Below, one piece after another: positions 28,442-38,724 of a stretch of DNA of 56,859 bases; position 1 is the stretch's first letter, and every line of letters starts with the position of its first letter. A program made the translations under genes and the position numbers. Location: positions 1 to 56,859 of the IMG/VR virus record IMGVR_UViG_3300045973_001145. The stretch is one strand, 5' to 3'. The DNA is from a virus (Duplodnaviria > Caudoviricetes). The notes beneath the pieces were generated by a model that saw only the letters and a program-made list of their open reading frames with translations, had not been told where the DNA came from and searched no databases.

Positions 28442-28684
28442 ATGGAAAGACCTGATAATATTAGTTTAGAAAATTGGAATGAATTGACAAGAGCTGAAAA
28501 AGCAGAAAGATTATTACCAAAAGATGTACAAGATAAACATCTTAGAGAAGCTGGAATGATGGATTGTAATGATTTGACGTTAGATCAACTTTCAGAATAT
28601 TTAGAAAAACAATGGATGTTTAGCAGTAGCATTGATGCACTTGCTATACATAAGTTAATAGAATTTTATAGACAAAATAAATAA
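28442..28684 (+). CDS. Hypothetical protein
   Basis: ORF track. Confidence 0.65.
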   Translation: MERPDNISLENWNELTRAEKAERLLPKDVQDKHLREAGMMDCNDLTLDQLSEYLEKQWMFSSSIDALAIHKLIEFYRQNK

Positions 28685-28686
28685 TT

Positions 28687-29172
28687 ATGGATTTAGAAAA
28701 AAGAATGTATTTTTTTGTACCTTATCAATTGACAGGTATTCAAAAGGGAATTCAAAGTGGGCATTCTAGCCTTAGATTTGCACTAAAATTCGGTAGATAT
28801 AACCCAGATCATTTAATATGGGATTTTATTGAAAATCATCAAACTTGGATTGTATTGAATGGAGGTACAACAAATAATGGTCGTGATTTTGAAGGTTTTT
28901 CAAAAGGTTCATTAAATAGAATCGCTGATCAATTATTGGAAAATGATATTGAATTTTCATATTTTTGTGAACCAGATTTACAAGATGCTTTAACAGCAGT
29001 TTGTTTTATCTGTGATGAAAGAGTATTTAATAAAGAAACATATCCAGATTATGAAGAATTTGATATTGATGATAATTATATTGAATATGATGATTGGATT
29101 TCTTATGTCGGTGGCAAAAAAAATGTATTCTTAAGGGAATTATTAAAAGAAAAAGACCTTGCAAATGGATAG
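28687..29172 (+). CDS. Phage Pth2-like (peptidyl-tRNA hydrolase II fold) protein
   Basis: MYFFV...IQKGIQSGHS, WIVLNGG, FCEPDL.DALTAVCF. Confidence 0.6.
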   Translation: MDLEKRMYFFVPYQLTGIQKGIQSGHSSLRFALKFGRYNPDHLIWDFIENHQTWIVLNGGTTNNGRDFEGFSKGSLNRIADQLLENDIEFSYFCEPDLQDALTAVCFICDERVFNKETYPDYEEFDIDDNYIEYDDWISYVGGKKNVFLRELLKEKDLANG

Positions 29173-29386
29173 ATTATTTTCACATAAAATAGATAAACTG
29201 GTAATTACTCAGGTTGTCACTACTCAAGTAAATAATAATGTGAATAAAAATGGTAGAATTTATACTAAAGAAGCATTAGTTAATGCGTATGATAAATTTT
29301 TAAAAGCCATAGTACGGCAAGAGAGAAAAGAAAAAATAGAAAAAATAAATGCAAAAACAGCACTTCATATTCAAGATAAAGAATGA
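29165..29386 (+). CDS. Short protein with gp21 prohead-protease N-terminal motif and RKxKI tail
   Basis: VNKNGRIYTKEALVNA followed by ERKEKIEKIN. Confidence 0.55.
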   Translation: MDRLFSHKIDKLVITQVVTTQVNNNVNKNGRIYTKEALVNAYDKFLKAIVRQERKEKIEKINAKTALHIQDKE

Positions 29387-29693
29387 ATATTTACCTCAAT
29401 TTATAAATGATAATATTAAATCTGGTATTATAGATTATACTATTAATTGGTTGGGTATATTTAATGTTGATCAAAAATATTTTAGAAAAATTAAAATTGA
29501 ATCTATTGAAAAAAGAATATCTAATACTGATAAACAATTATTAGAATATTTGACTGATGATAAATATACACTTCTAATTTCACAAGAAGATGTAGATTTA
29601 AAAGTTAGAAATTCATCTTCAGGTGGTTGTCCAACAGGAGTGCAAGGTCAGCAAGGTGTAACAGGTAAAAAATTTAATGCTGGTTTGTTATAA
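29349..29693 (+). CDS. Hypothetical protein (RKIKIESI; short Gxx tail)
   Basis: ORF track. Confidence 0.6.
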   Translation: MQKQHFIFKIKNEYLPQFINDNIKSGIIDYTINWLGIFNVDQKYFRKIKIESIEKRISNTDKQLLEYLTDDKYTLLISQEDVDLKVRNSSSGGCPTGVQGQQGVTGKKFNAGLL

Positions 29694-29722
29694 AAAAGAG
29701 TGATTAATTATCACTCTTTTTT
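29692..29722. terminator. Bidirectional intrinsic terminator
   Basis: AAAAAAGAGTGA-ttaatta-TCACTCTTTTTT between convergent genes. Confidence 0.8.
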
Positions 29723-29988
29723 ATTCTTTCTAATTTAACTTTTCTCCAGTATTTTATTGGATCTTTATTATAAATTTGAGTTAATTTTGATGATGTTAAA
29801 TCTTCTGGTATTTTTTCAACTCTTGTATATTCACCTGGTATAATTCTTACTATAAATCCAATTTTTCTAAGCATATTAATATAATTATCTGATGTGCTTC
29901 CATCTAATAAGTCTATTGAATTTAATTCTTTTCTTGTTATAAACTCATGTGAATTTACATAATCTTTAAGAGTTTCCCATTTGTTCAT
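29704..29988 (-). CDS. Winged-helix-like small protein with RKxKL tail
   Basis: NYINMLRKIGFIVRIIPGEY; ends WRKVKLERIKKSDN. Confidence 0.6.
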   Translation of the reverse strand: MNKWETLKDYVNSHEFITRKELNSIDLLDGSTSDNYINMLRKIGFIVRIIPGEYTRVEKIPEDLTSSKLTQIYNKDPIKYWRKVKLERIKKSDN

Positions 29989-30793
29989 TTTTAGCCTTTT
30001 TTATTAGTTGTCTTTCTTTGTAAGTTATACCTTTTATAACATGTTTATCAATTTCATCTTGATATTTTTTAATATAATCATTTGAATTTTTTAATCTTTC
30101 TTTAGCCATATTAGTGTAAGATTCAGAAATATCAATTCCAACATAATTGCAACCAAAAAGTTTTGCGGATAAAGCTACAGTACCACTACCAGAATATGGA
30201 TCTAATACAATTTTATCTTTATTTTCATCAAACAATGAATATATAATTCTTGTTGGAATATCAATTGGAAAAGGTGCAGGATGAGGATTTTTGTTCTCTG
30301 GCATAATATCCCATATTCCTGTCATACTTGCATGCTTTGATAATAATTCTTCACCTATTCTATTATTATTAGGCTTATATAGCCAATAGATCCTTTCATC
30401 CATTTGCCAAAATCTCCAACCTCTTAAATTCCCAGTTATTTTTCTATTCCAGATTATTTCTTGTTTAACTATCCATTTAGTTTTAGATAACCACATTATA
30501 GGATGAATCATATTTCCATCATTCCATCTACATTTGTGATTATAAAAAAATGAACCGCCAGGTTTCATAGTTCTGAAAATTTCATCTAAAACTTCTATTT
30601 GATGTTTTTGATATAATTCTTCAGGTACAGAATCTTCATAATTATCATATTCAACTTTTTTGATAATTTTACCGAATGTACCGGCCTTATTGTATGGGGG
30701 ACTGGTTATACCAAGATCAAAATAATCTGAATCTATTGTTTTTAATGTTTGTAGTGTATCACCAATAAGTAATTCATTAATAGGTCTTATCAT
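29966..30793 (-). CDS. Orphan N4C/N6A DNA methyltransferase (beta class)
   Basis: TSPPYN, HPAPFP, LDPYSGSGT. Confidence 0.9.
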   Translation of the reverse strand: MIRPINELLIGDTLQTLKTIDSDYFDLGITSPPYNKAGTFGKIIKKVEYDNYEDSVPEELYQKHQIEVLDEIFRTMKPGGSFFYNHKCRWNDGNMIHPIMWLSKTKWIVKQEIIWNRKITGNLRGWRFWQMDERIYWLYKPNNNRIGEELLSKHASMTGIWDIMPENKNPHPAPFPIDIPTRIIYSLFDENKDKIVLDPYSGSGTVALSAKLFGCNYVGIDISESYTNMAKERLKNSNDYIKKYQDEIDKHVIKGITYKERQLIKKAKNEQMGNS

Positions 30794-30842
30794 ATTTTCT
30801 AAATGTTTTGTTATATTTTTTAGATAAATATAATAGAAAAGT

Positions 30843-32399
30843 TTAAATAATTGATGTATCTACTGTTATTATATCACCAAAAAAATAATTACCTAAATAT
30901 AATGTATATGCTCTAAGATAATATGTAATACCAGGAGTAAATATATAATCTAAATTTGAAGACCAAGCCAATCCACTTAATCCTATTGTTTGCCCAGTTA
31001 ATTGTACTAAAACAGTGGTATATTGATTAGGATTTGGATTAATATCTAAGCATACCCCTAATTCTGTAACTTGTTGTTCACAATAATTTACAAATCCACC
31101 AGCATTAACAGTTGTGGTATCTATTACTATTGGTATTGTTGTAGTTGTTATTGGCTCATGTTTAAATCTTAATCCAGCTTGCCAATATCTATTTCCTCCA
31201 AAATCAACATATTTTTGATTACTTTTACCATTAATTGTAATTTCTTGAATATTTGAAGTATTTGAAAAATTAATTAATTCTCCATTCCAAGGCGAAATGT
31301 TCATTAATGTTGAAATAAAATCTATTCTACAAGCATAACCAATTGTGCTATAATAATTAGGATATACTCCTTGTTGATCAGCAGCAAAGCATAATCCTAC
31401 TATTTTTATTTGGCCTGATATATTTGCCAGTAATGCTGAGCCTGAATCTCCGTGCCAAATAGGATATTGACAAGAACTATATGGTGGGCTTGAGTTAAGT
31501 GTTGCTACAAACCCAATAGCATTTCTAAAAGAAACTGTAGAATTTTGAAAATTTTGCTTATTATAATTAATCATAAAAGAATTACCTAACGAAATAGCTT
31601 TTAATTTAGTAATACCTTCTCCTTTTGCTCCAGTTCTATCACCAGAACTATATAAATCTGGATTAGTGATTAATAAATTATCAATTTCTGATGTTGTTGC
31701 AAATTGATATGTATTTGCACTTAATCCTAATTGATAATATGAGTTAGAATCAATAACAGATTGATCTATTGTTGTTAATGCAATATCAATATCATTATCA
31801 GATTGATCAGTAATTGGATAATATCTTTTAATAACACCTATCGATTCTGATAAAATTGAATTATCTCCACCTGGTTGTGCTGTTATTTCATTTTTAATAT
31901 TAGTTGTTATATTATTAATATTTCTTGTCGAACAAATAAAAGCATCTCTAACATATACATGATTATTTGTCACTCCAACTAATGAATTTGTTTCATTATC
32001 TTTAGCTAAAAATCCTAATGTTGCTGGTCCTAATATTTCTCTTTGTGAATAGTTACTAGTAGATATGCCGCCACGTAATGGTCTAATTGATTCTGTGTTT
32101 GGAACAGTATAGCCAGTTGTGTTTTGCCATAAATAAAAAGATGGATCACACATTAACATAAAATTATTTTGAACAACGTCAGTTGAAATTATTTCATTAG
32201 ATATATTTATTGTTTTTGGTAATAATTGTTCTGGTTTTATATTTTCTAATGATAATTTTTCTTTAACAGTAAAAACTATAGATTTTTCATCTATTAGTAA
32301 TCCATTAACAGTTTTATATCCATATCCAACACCAATTATATTATCATCAGTATTTTTATAATACCCATTTATAGTTTGTAATAGTTCTTCTTTTATCAT
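30843..32399 (-). CDS. Trypsin-like serine protease with C-terminal FN3-like segment
   Basis: TNNHV, DIDIAL, GDSGSAL catalytic triad; TYYLRAY. Confidence 0.8.
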   Translation of the reverse strand: MIKEELLQTINGYYKNTDDNIIGVGYGYKTVNGLLIDEKSIVFTVKEKLSLENIKPEQLLPKTINISNEIISTDVVQNNFMLMCDPSFYLWQNTTGYTVPNTESIRPLRGGISTSNYSQREILGPATLGFLAKDNETNSLVGVTNNHVYVRDAFICSTRNINNITTNIKNEITAQPGGDNSILSESIGVIKRYYPITDQSDNDIDIALTTIDQSVIDSNSYYQLGLSANTYQFATTSEIDNLLITNPDLYSSGDRTGAKGEGITKLKAISLGNSFMINYNKQNFQNSTVSFRNAIGFVATLNSSPPYSSCQYPIWHGDSGSALLANISGQIKIVGLCFAADQQGVYPNYYSTIGYACRIDFISTLMNISPWNGELINFSNTSNIQEITINGKSNQKYVDFGGNRYWQAGLRFKHEPITTTTIPIVIDTTTVNAGGFVNYCEQQVTELGVCLDINPNPNQYTTVLVQLTGQTIGLSGLAWSSNLDYIFTPGITYYLRAYTLYLGNYFFGDIITVDTSII

Positions 32400-32405
32400 A
32401 TTTAT

Positions 32406-33719
32406 TTAATTATTTGGTATATACAAAAAAACAGTTTCAATTAAAGGTGCAACTGTTGTTGTTGTAGTAGTAGTACTTATTTGTGATATTGATATAGTAA
32501 TAGAATTACTAGCAATTACACCAATTTTACAAATTATTATATCACCATCATTTAATGTATTTGTTGAATAAGTATCGCCAGAAGTAATGAAAATATCGTT
32601 AACATACCATTCATATATTTGATTTGTTATACAAGTCAAAATAGCAGTAAATAAAACAGTATCACCTTGATATATTATATTTGATGGATCGGCATTAATT
32701 AATATTGCTGGTGGTGATATTGAAATTATTATTTCATTACTTATACTCGTTGTGATATCATCACTAATTTCGCAAGTTACAATATCACCATTAATAAAAT
32801 AATTATATGAGAAAACTGAATTATTTGTGCCAACATCTACGCCATTAATTTTCCATTTATAATTAGCTGGTAAATCATATCCAACTTGATATGACATGAA
32901 ACTAGCCCAACCGCCAGAACATACAGTACTTCCACAAATTGTTATTGAGTTTTCACCTGGTGTCATAAATATATTTTTAGTATAAAATCTATTTTCTTCT
33001 ACTGTAATGATAAATGTTTCAGTAATATAGCCTTGCACATCCGCACTACATTTAACCGAATTTGTACCAGCAGGAATATCTAAAGAATAATGACCATTTA
33101 TATCTGAAGTTGTACTTAATCCTGAGCATAATATTTTTGCACCAACAATTGTTGATCCACTAACAACACCAGAAATAGTAGCAAAAGTACTATTATGTAA
33201 ATTACAATCATAAAATACAACACCATCAGTAACATCATCATAAAAATCCCCACCTCTACAAGAAATTTTACTTAAATATTGATTTTTTAACAATTTACCA
33301 GCAGGAATATCATTGAAATGCCTATTTATAACAATTTCATTTTTATATTTATTTACATATAAAACTTTATATCCTAAATAAAAATTAATTGGTGGATCAA
33401 AAGGATTATCGAAATTAGATGGATTTTCAAGATTAAATATTGATGTATCAATTGTTAATGGCGAAGTATATGTAATATAAACAGTATCATTAACATTGAA
33501 ATTGTTTTCAAATATTGTGTAAAGTCTAATATATCCATTCCAGTTAGAAAAAGTATCTAAAATCTGAACTGCATTTCTAATATTAATATAAGTATTTGAT
33601 TTCTGAGATATTTGAGATTGTACTAAATCCATATTACCACTTACTGAGCTTGATACATTTGATGATTGTGCTATAGTAGAAGTTGTTGGAGTTAGACTTT
33701 TAGTTTTAATTACTGGCAT
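32406..33719 (-). CDS. Virion-type protein with carboxypeptidase-regulatory-like and Ig-like domains
   Basis: ISGVV...GAKI...SDINGHYSL; YKWKING/YEWYVND repeats; late motif 33742-33751. Confidence 0.65.
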   Translation of the reverse strand: MPVIKTKSLTPTTSTIAQSSNVSSSVSGNMDLVQSQISQKSNTYINIRNAVQILDTFSNWNGYIRLYTIFENNFNVNDTVYITYTSPLTIDTSIFNLENPSNFDNPFDPPINFYLGYKVLYVNKYKNEIVINRHFNDIPAGKLLKNQYLSKISCRGGDFYDDVTDGVVFYDCNLHNSTFATISGVVSGSTIVGAKILCSGLSTTSDINGHYSLDIPAGTNSVKCSADVQGYITETFIITVEENRFYTKNIFMTPGENSITICGSTVCSGGWASFMSYQVGYDLPANYKWKINGVDVGTNNSVFSYNYFINGDIVTCEISDDITTSISNEIIISISPPAILINADPSNIIYQGDTVLFTAILTCITNQIYEWYVNDIFITSGDTYSTNTLNDGDIIICKIGVIASNSITISISQISTTTTTTTVAPLIETVFLYIPNN

Positions 33720-33805
33720 AGTAAAAATATATAATTTATCTTATATATAAAATTTAATTTTTTCAAATAAGAAAAACTTTATTAAAAAACTTAAATATAT
33801 AAAGT

Positions 33806-34549
33806 ATGAATATAATATATAATGAAAATTGTATAATAACACTAAAAAGATTTGAAAATAAATATATAGATGGTATTATAACATCACCACCATATAATAT
33901 AAATAGCGAAAGAAGTGATTGCTACTATAATAATGGTTATTCTGAAATAGACGATTTATCTGAAAATGACTATTTAGAAGTTCGAACAATTGAATTTAAA
34001 GAATTTAGTAGAGTAATAAAAGATAAAGGTGTTATATGCTATAATATTAGCTATGCTAAAGAAAATCCTATATTACCAACATTATTAATCGCAAAAATAC
34101 ACAATGAAACTGATTTAACATTAGCTGATATAATAACTTGGAAAAAATCTCATGCAATACCATTTCAAACATCACCAACTAAATTAAGTAGAATAACAGA
34201 ACTAATATATATTTTTGTGAAAAAAAGTGAATTACACTCATTTAAAACAAATAAAATAGTAAGCACTATTAATGATAAAACTAATCAAAAATTTTATAAA
34301 AATTATGTTAATTTTATAGAAGCTAAAAATAATGATGGATATAAATGTAAATTAAAAGCATCATATTCACAAGATTTGTGTAACCAATTAATTGACATAT
34401 ACTTTCCAAAAGATAGCTTAATATATGACCCATTTACAGGAATAGGAACAACTCAACTTAGCTGTATTAATAAACAATGTAATTATATAGGTAGTGAGAT
34501 AGATAAAGAGCATTTTAATATTGCAATAGAAAGAATTAATTCCTCTTAG
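33806..34549 (+). CDS. Orphan N4C/N6A DNA methyltransferase (beta class)
   Basis: ITSPPYN, YDPFTGIGTT. Confidence 0.88.
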   Translation: MNIIYNENCIITLKRFENKYIDGIITSPPYNINSERSDCYYNNGYSEIDDLSENDYLEVRTIEFKEFSRVIKDKGVICYNISYAKENPILPTLLIAKIHNETDLTLADIITWKKSHAIPFQTSPTKLSRITELIYIFVKKSELHSFKTNKIVSTINDKTNQKFYKNYVNFIEAKNNDGYKCKLKASYSQDLCNQLIDIYFPKDSLIYDPFTGIGTTQLSCINKQCNYIGSEIDKEHFNIAIERINSS

Positions 34550-34566
34550 TTACATCGTTATTAACG

Positions 34567-34782
34567 ATGGAAACAATTTCTAAACTGCGACTTTGGAGAG
34601 TTGCAATCATACACCGTAATGGGTATGAAGCCCCGTCAATATTGGTGGAGGCTAAATTAGCAGATGTACACAAAGAGGTACAAAAATTAAATCTAAGGTT
34701 ATTAGATTTTCCTGAAAAATGGAGTTATCATTTAACCGACCTTAAAAAAGAATTTAATTCTAAGAGAGGAAAATGGATTTAA
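34567..34782 (+). CDS. Hypothetical protein
   Basis: ORF track. Confidence 0.55.
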   Translation: METISKLRLWRVAIIHRNGYEAPSILVEAKLADVHKEVQKLNLRLLDFPEKWSYHLTDLKKEFNSKRGKWI

Positions 34783-34786
34783 AAAC

Positions 34787-34821
34787 AAAAAGAGTTGTCA
34801 ATTTGACAACTCTTTTTTTTT
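34787..34821. terminator. Bidirectional intrinsic terminator
   Basis: AAAAAGAGTTGTCAA-t-TTGACAACTCTTTTTTTT. Confidence 0.85.
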
Positions 34822-34854
34822 ATACTGAAATCATATTTTTGGCGATTTTCATTT

Positions 34855-35046
34855 TTAATTTTTTAATTGTTCAAGTTCTTTTTCAAGCTGAGTGATAATT
34901 TGTTTAACATCTGAATCTCTTTGTTCACCAAATGAGCCTTCACCTTCATAATAAGTATATTTGTGCTTATATAAAGGATTATATAATTTTATTATTGCAT
35001 TTAAAGCAGTAGCTTTTTTTTGTAATTTAATTTCTTTTTTTGTCAT
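34855..35046 (-). CDS. Hypothetical protein
   Basis: ORF track. Confidence 0.55.
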   Translation of the reverse strand: MTKKEIKLQKKATALNAIIKLYNPLYKHKYTYYEGEGSFGEQRDSDVKQIITQLEKELEQLKN

Positions 35047-35052
35047 AATTTT

Positions 35053-35289
35053 TTAGTTTACCATTTCAATAACATCTGAAATTTCACTGTTGTATAGCTC
35101 TTCTTGCTTTTCAGCATCTGAACTATTGAATAAGTCCAATATTTTATGAACAGTATCAATAACTTGATCTTTTTCAGGATCTTTTTCTAATTCTTTAATA
35201 AGTAAATCTTCAAAGATGAAAAATTTACCATTATTTGCGTGTAGTGTGAAAAATGATTCTTCTACTTTTTCGATAAATTCTTGTGTCAT
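35053..35289 (-). CDS. Hypothetical protein (start revised to MTQEF)
   Basis: Downstream of promoter 35313. Confidence 0.6.
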   Translation of the reverse strand: MTQEFIEKVEESFFTLHANNGKFFIFEDLLIKELEKDPEKDQVIDTVHKILDLFNSSDAEKQEELYNSEISDVIEMVN

Positions 35290-35312
35290 GATTTTTTGTT
35301 TTAATGTTGGTA

Positions 35313-35344
35313 CAAATATCGGGATAATATTTGACACTACCAAA
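35313..35344 (-). promoter_or_regulatory. Bacteroidota-type early promoter (variant -7 GATATTTG)
   Basis: TTTGgtag...N20 architecture like the other copies. Confidence 0.65.
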
Positions 35345-35360
35345 TAAATACCAAATAAAA

Positions 35361-35852
35361 TTATAACTCAAAAATTCTATTTATTGCAGCTACTCTTCTT
35401 AATTCTGGTAGTATTGTTACCATAGTTAATGCGGTATAATTTTCGAATATTTGTGTTGGTTCGTATTCTATAATGATATATGCATCTAATTTTTGTATTT
35501 TAACAGCAATTCTATTTAATTTTTTATAACTCATTTGAGTTGAGATTTCTCTAAAATAATTTGTAAATAATATTATAATAGATTTTTTTATAATTTCGTT
35601 AAATTCTGTTATTGAATTTGCTGTTGTTCTATTTTTTATTCTTTCTTTAATTATATGATCAAGAGTAGTATCATCATACCAATGTAAATGAATATTTTTA
35701 CTATTTTTTTCAATATATACATTATTTAAAGGCTCAGCATCATCAATAAATGGCTTATCTATATATTTTTCAAAATCTACATAATCCCCCGAAAATATAG
35801 TTTTTTGTTTGAAGGTGCCGGATTCTAAAAATAATGTGAAATTTGTTATCAT
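35361..35852 (-). CDS. Late protein with CTS-like N-terminus (MITNFTLFLE)
   Basis: TTAATATATA at 35858-35867. Confidence 0.6.
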   Translation of the reverse strand: MITNFTLFLESGTFKQKTIFSGDYVDFEKYIDKPFIDDAEPLNNVYIEKNSKNIHLHWYDDTTLDHIIKERIKNRTTANSITEFNEIIKKSIIILFTNYFREISTQMSYKKLNRIAVKIQKLDAYIIIEYEPTQIFENYTALTMVTILPELRRVAAINRIFEL

Positions 35853-35882
35853 TCTAATATATATTAAAATGATAAATCGGTT

Positions 35883-36416
35883 TTAATATCTCTCTGGATG
35901 ATTAAGATATGAATTTAATTCTCGCCAATCTAAATCAGTAATACCTAGATATCCTTTATCAATATAATACTGATTAAGTTCTTCTCTACTTAGATTTTTG
36001 ATTTTATTAACCTCAGACTTAATATAATTTTTTGATACGTTAGAAGTTCTTTTTATAATAGGTATCATATTAACGCCTAATTTGATCATTGCAACTGCTC
36101 TATGCCTACCTTCTTGAGCAGAACTATTTTCACTATAAAACCCAACTGGAAATTTGTCGCCTTTTTTCATATCTTGAATATATTTATTTACTACATTATC
36201 ATTAACTGGAATTAATGCATCTTCATAAGATAAATCACCAAAATTTCTAGCTACTTTATAAATGTATTGTTTAGGATTAATGTAGGTTAATTCTTCTATT
36301 GTTCTTTTCCAAAGTAAAGAATAGACTGGATATTCATATGCAGGATAATATCTTGCGACACTTGTAGTGTCAAAATATTTACAGCCATCACAAGATTTAT
36401 CAAATTCTAAATTCAT
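35883..36416 (-). CDS. ParB/Sulfiredoxin-like domain protein
   Basis: QEGRHRAVAMIKLGVNMIP. Confidence 0.65.
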   Translation of the reverse strand: MNLEFDKSCDGCKYFDTTSVARYYPAYEYPVYSLLWKRTIEELTYINPKQYIYKVARNFGDLSYEDALIPVNDNVVNKYIQDMKKGDKFPVGFYSENSSAQEGRHRAVAMIKLGVNMIPIIKRTSNVSKNYIKSEVNKIKNLSREELNQYYIDKGYLGITDLDWRELNSYLNHPERY

Positions 36417-36571
36417 ATGATATATATTAAAAAGTATTTTAGAAAAATTATATATAATATATGATTAAAAATTTTGATAATTTATATCTTAGACCAATGT
36501 TTCCTGATAATCATTTCATTCATAAACTCGATGATAGTGATTGGTCACATATTTGGGTTGGTGATTTTTAA

Positions 36572-37522
36572 TTATCTATCAAAAAAGAAGTTTTGATGCT
36601 GATATTTCATCCCTAGTCTTTCAGCAAATGTTTTATCTGAAGTTGCATCGCCAACCATAATACAAGAACTCAAATCTAATTGATATTTATGCATCATCAA
36701 TACTCCAAATCCAGATTGAGGTTTCCTACAATAGCATACATCTCTAGGTGGTAAATGTGGACAAAAATTGTAATCATCAATTACATCACCTAACAATTTA
36801 TTTGTATGTTCAATAAGTTCTTTTACTTTACTTGCAGTCAAAATTTTCTTTGAAATACCAGACTGATTTGTGACAGCTATAATTTTATATCCTTGATCTT
36901 TGTATTTTCTTAAAACTTCTTCACTATGTTCTAAAATTTCAATGTCTTCAATTTCAATAGGATATGCTAATTCTCCATTACTCTTTCTTACTGTACCGTC
37001 CAAATCAACAAATATAGCTTTATTGATATAACCATAACTATCAGTTCTTACAAATTTTGTAATTTCAAGTTGATCAAATCCTTCGTATTTACTTATTTTT
37101 TCAAAATTCTTTGCAATAGTAAAAATTGCAGATATAACAAATAAATTTGAACTTTTGTGTTTAGCAGGAACATCAGAAAGATGCATATAAACTTCACCAT
37201 GTCTATCATACATACGATTTAGAGAGTTTATCAAACAATCATCTTTTGTAGTATTTATTGAATGAATACCAATTGTCATATTATGATTTTTGACACAATC
37301 AATAAACCTTTTTCTAACATCTGATAAGCTATTTGTATTATCAATAACCACTTTATTACCAAGATTTAATTCCTTCTCTAACGAAGCAGTTTCAGTAGCA
37401 CAATACATATTTTTTTTATCTAAGCTAAGAACTTTATAGCCTAAATCTTCATACTGCTTAGTTATCGAAGTTTTTCCTGATGCTGGTAATCCAGCCATTA
37501 ATATTACATCTGTTGATAGCAT
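36572..37522 (-). CDS. Polynucleotide kinase-3'-phosphatase (P-loop + HAD-IIIA)
   Basis: GLPASGKT, VIDNTN, DLDGTV, VTNQSG, CRKP, MVGD. Confidence 0.85.
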   Translation of the reverse strand: MLSTDVILMAGLPASGKTSITKQYEDLGYKVLSLDKKNMYCATETASLEKELNLGNKVVIDNTNSLSDVRKRFIDCVKNHNMTIGIHSINTTKDDCLINSLNRMYDRHGEVYMHLSDVPAKHKSSNLFVISAIFTIAKNFEKISKYEGFDQLEITKFVRTDSYGYINKAIFVDLDGTVRKSNGELAYPIEIEDIEILEHSEEVLRKYKDQGYKIIAVTNQSGISKKILTASKVKELIEHTNKLLGDVIDDYNFCPHLPPRDVCYCRKPQSGFGVLMMHKYQLDLSSCIMVGDATSDKTFAERLGMKYQHQNFFFDR

Positions 37523-37576
37523 ATTTAACTTTTTAATATTTCAGGCCAAGTTTTCATAAAGCTGTTTTTTAATTCT

Positions 37577-37900
37577 CTACAAAGATAGGGAAATTAAATC
37601 ATATTTAATAGCTAATTCCTTAGAACTTTTTATTTTTTTATATAAATCATCGGGATGAAAACCATCAGTCCATTTTTCACCATTAGTTTCGTGAAATTTT
37701 TCAGCCATTTTATGATGTTCTTCACATAAAGATATACCATTCTGCAATACATATCCACCATTAGAAAAAAAATATGAATTTCTGTCAGAAATATGATGTG
37801 CGTCTACCGCAGGCTTATCACAGCATTTACAAGTAAAATTATCTCTTGTAAAGACAACATGCCTGAAATGCTCTCGTATTTGCTTTTTAGTTTTCATCAT
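37577..37900 (-). CDS. HNH endonuclease
   Basis: RDNFTCKCC..DAHHI...NGISLCEEHH. Confidence 0.8.
   Translation of the reverse strand: MMKTKKQIREHFRHVVFTRDNFTCKCCDKPAVDAHHISDRNSYFFSNGGYVLQNGISLCEEHHKMAEKFHETNGEKWTDGFHPDDLYKKIKSSKELAIKYDLISLSL
37580..37587 (-). promoter_or_regulatory. Early promoter -7 box TATCTTTG for the Pnk gene
   Basis: ccctatctttgtag context identical to the copy at 12-19. Confidence 0.6.
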
Positions 37901-38025
37901 ATAATTTTTGCCTTACTTGTGTTAACCAAGCTTCATATTCAGGATTATTACCACAATCTTTAACTTTTGCTATTATATATATAAATGCAAATAACATACC
38001 TATCATTAACTCTTCCATAATATTT

Positions 38026-38241
38026 TTATTTTACTTTTCTTCTATCTTTTGCTCTAACACGATGAGGTCTTTTTGATAATTCGTTATATAACAACTCTTT
38101 ATCAATATACCAACTTCTTCCGCTATCATTAGAAAAATCAGGTGCATCACTTTCTACTTTTGGATAACTGCAAGTTCTTGCATACCTTAATCTTAAAAGA
38201 TTATCAGTTTGAGTTTTTTTGAAAAAGTATTCTTGTATCAT
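38026..38241 (-). CDS. Hypothetical protein
   Basis: ORF track. Confidence 0.55.
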   Translation of the reverse strand: MIQEYFFKKTQTDNLLRLRYARTCSYPKVESDAPDFSNDSGRSWYIDKELLYNELSKRPHRVRAKDRRKVK

Positions 38242-38687
38242 TCTATTTCTTTTAAATATTTTTCTTCTAGATAATCATATACATGACCTATATTTCTAAG
38301 TTTGTATTCCCATGTTTGTTTTGGACCATCCCATCTTATATTTAGAATTTCAGGATTTATTTTACTATCAAATGAAAATTTCTTTTCATTATTGAACTTA
38401 GGATATGAAGTTGGTTTAGGATGTTCAACAATTATTAAACATTTTTTAAATTCTTCTTCAGGTAAATTTGTCCAATTTCTTGTAACTAGAATTTGACCAG
38501 GTCTATTTAATTCTTTCCACACTCTTTCAAGTGTTTCTTCCTCAGTTTCATTTTTATTAAGTCTTCCAACATAACCAAACTTAAATCCAAGTGTTGCTCT
38601 TAACGGCAATTCACTATTCTTATATGTCATAGTAGGATGAATTAACTGAACTTCTTTGTCTATAAATTCAAAATCTATTTTTTGCAT
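38238..38687 (-). CDS. Hypothetical protein
   Basis: ORF track. Confidence 0.65.
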   Translation of the reverse strand: MQKIDFEFIDKEVQLIHPTMTYKNSELPLRATLGFKFGYVGRLNKNETEEETLERVWKELNRPGQILVTRNWTNLPEEEFKKCLIIVEHPKPTSYPKFNNEKKFSFDSKINPEILNIRWDGPKQTWEYKLRNIGHVYDYLEEKYLKEIE

Positions 38688-38724
38688 CTTTTTGATATTT
38701 TTTCTAATTTTAATTTACGGATAA

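Noticed and set aside
28402-28455. Orphan KTRLKKLNKLN tail in an intergenic frame
   Set aside because: No start codon in frame and low-complexity A-rich DNA; could be a deleted-gene remnant or chance
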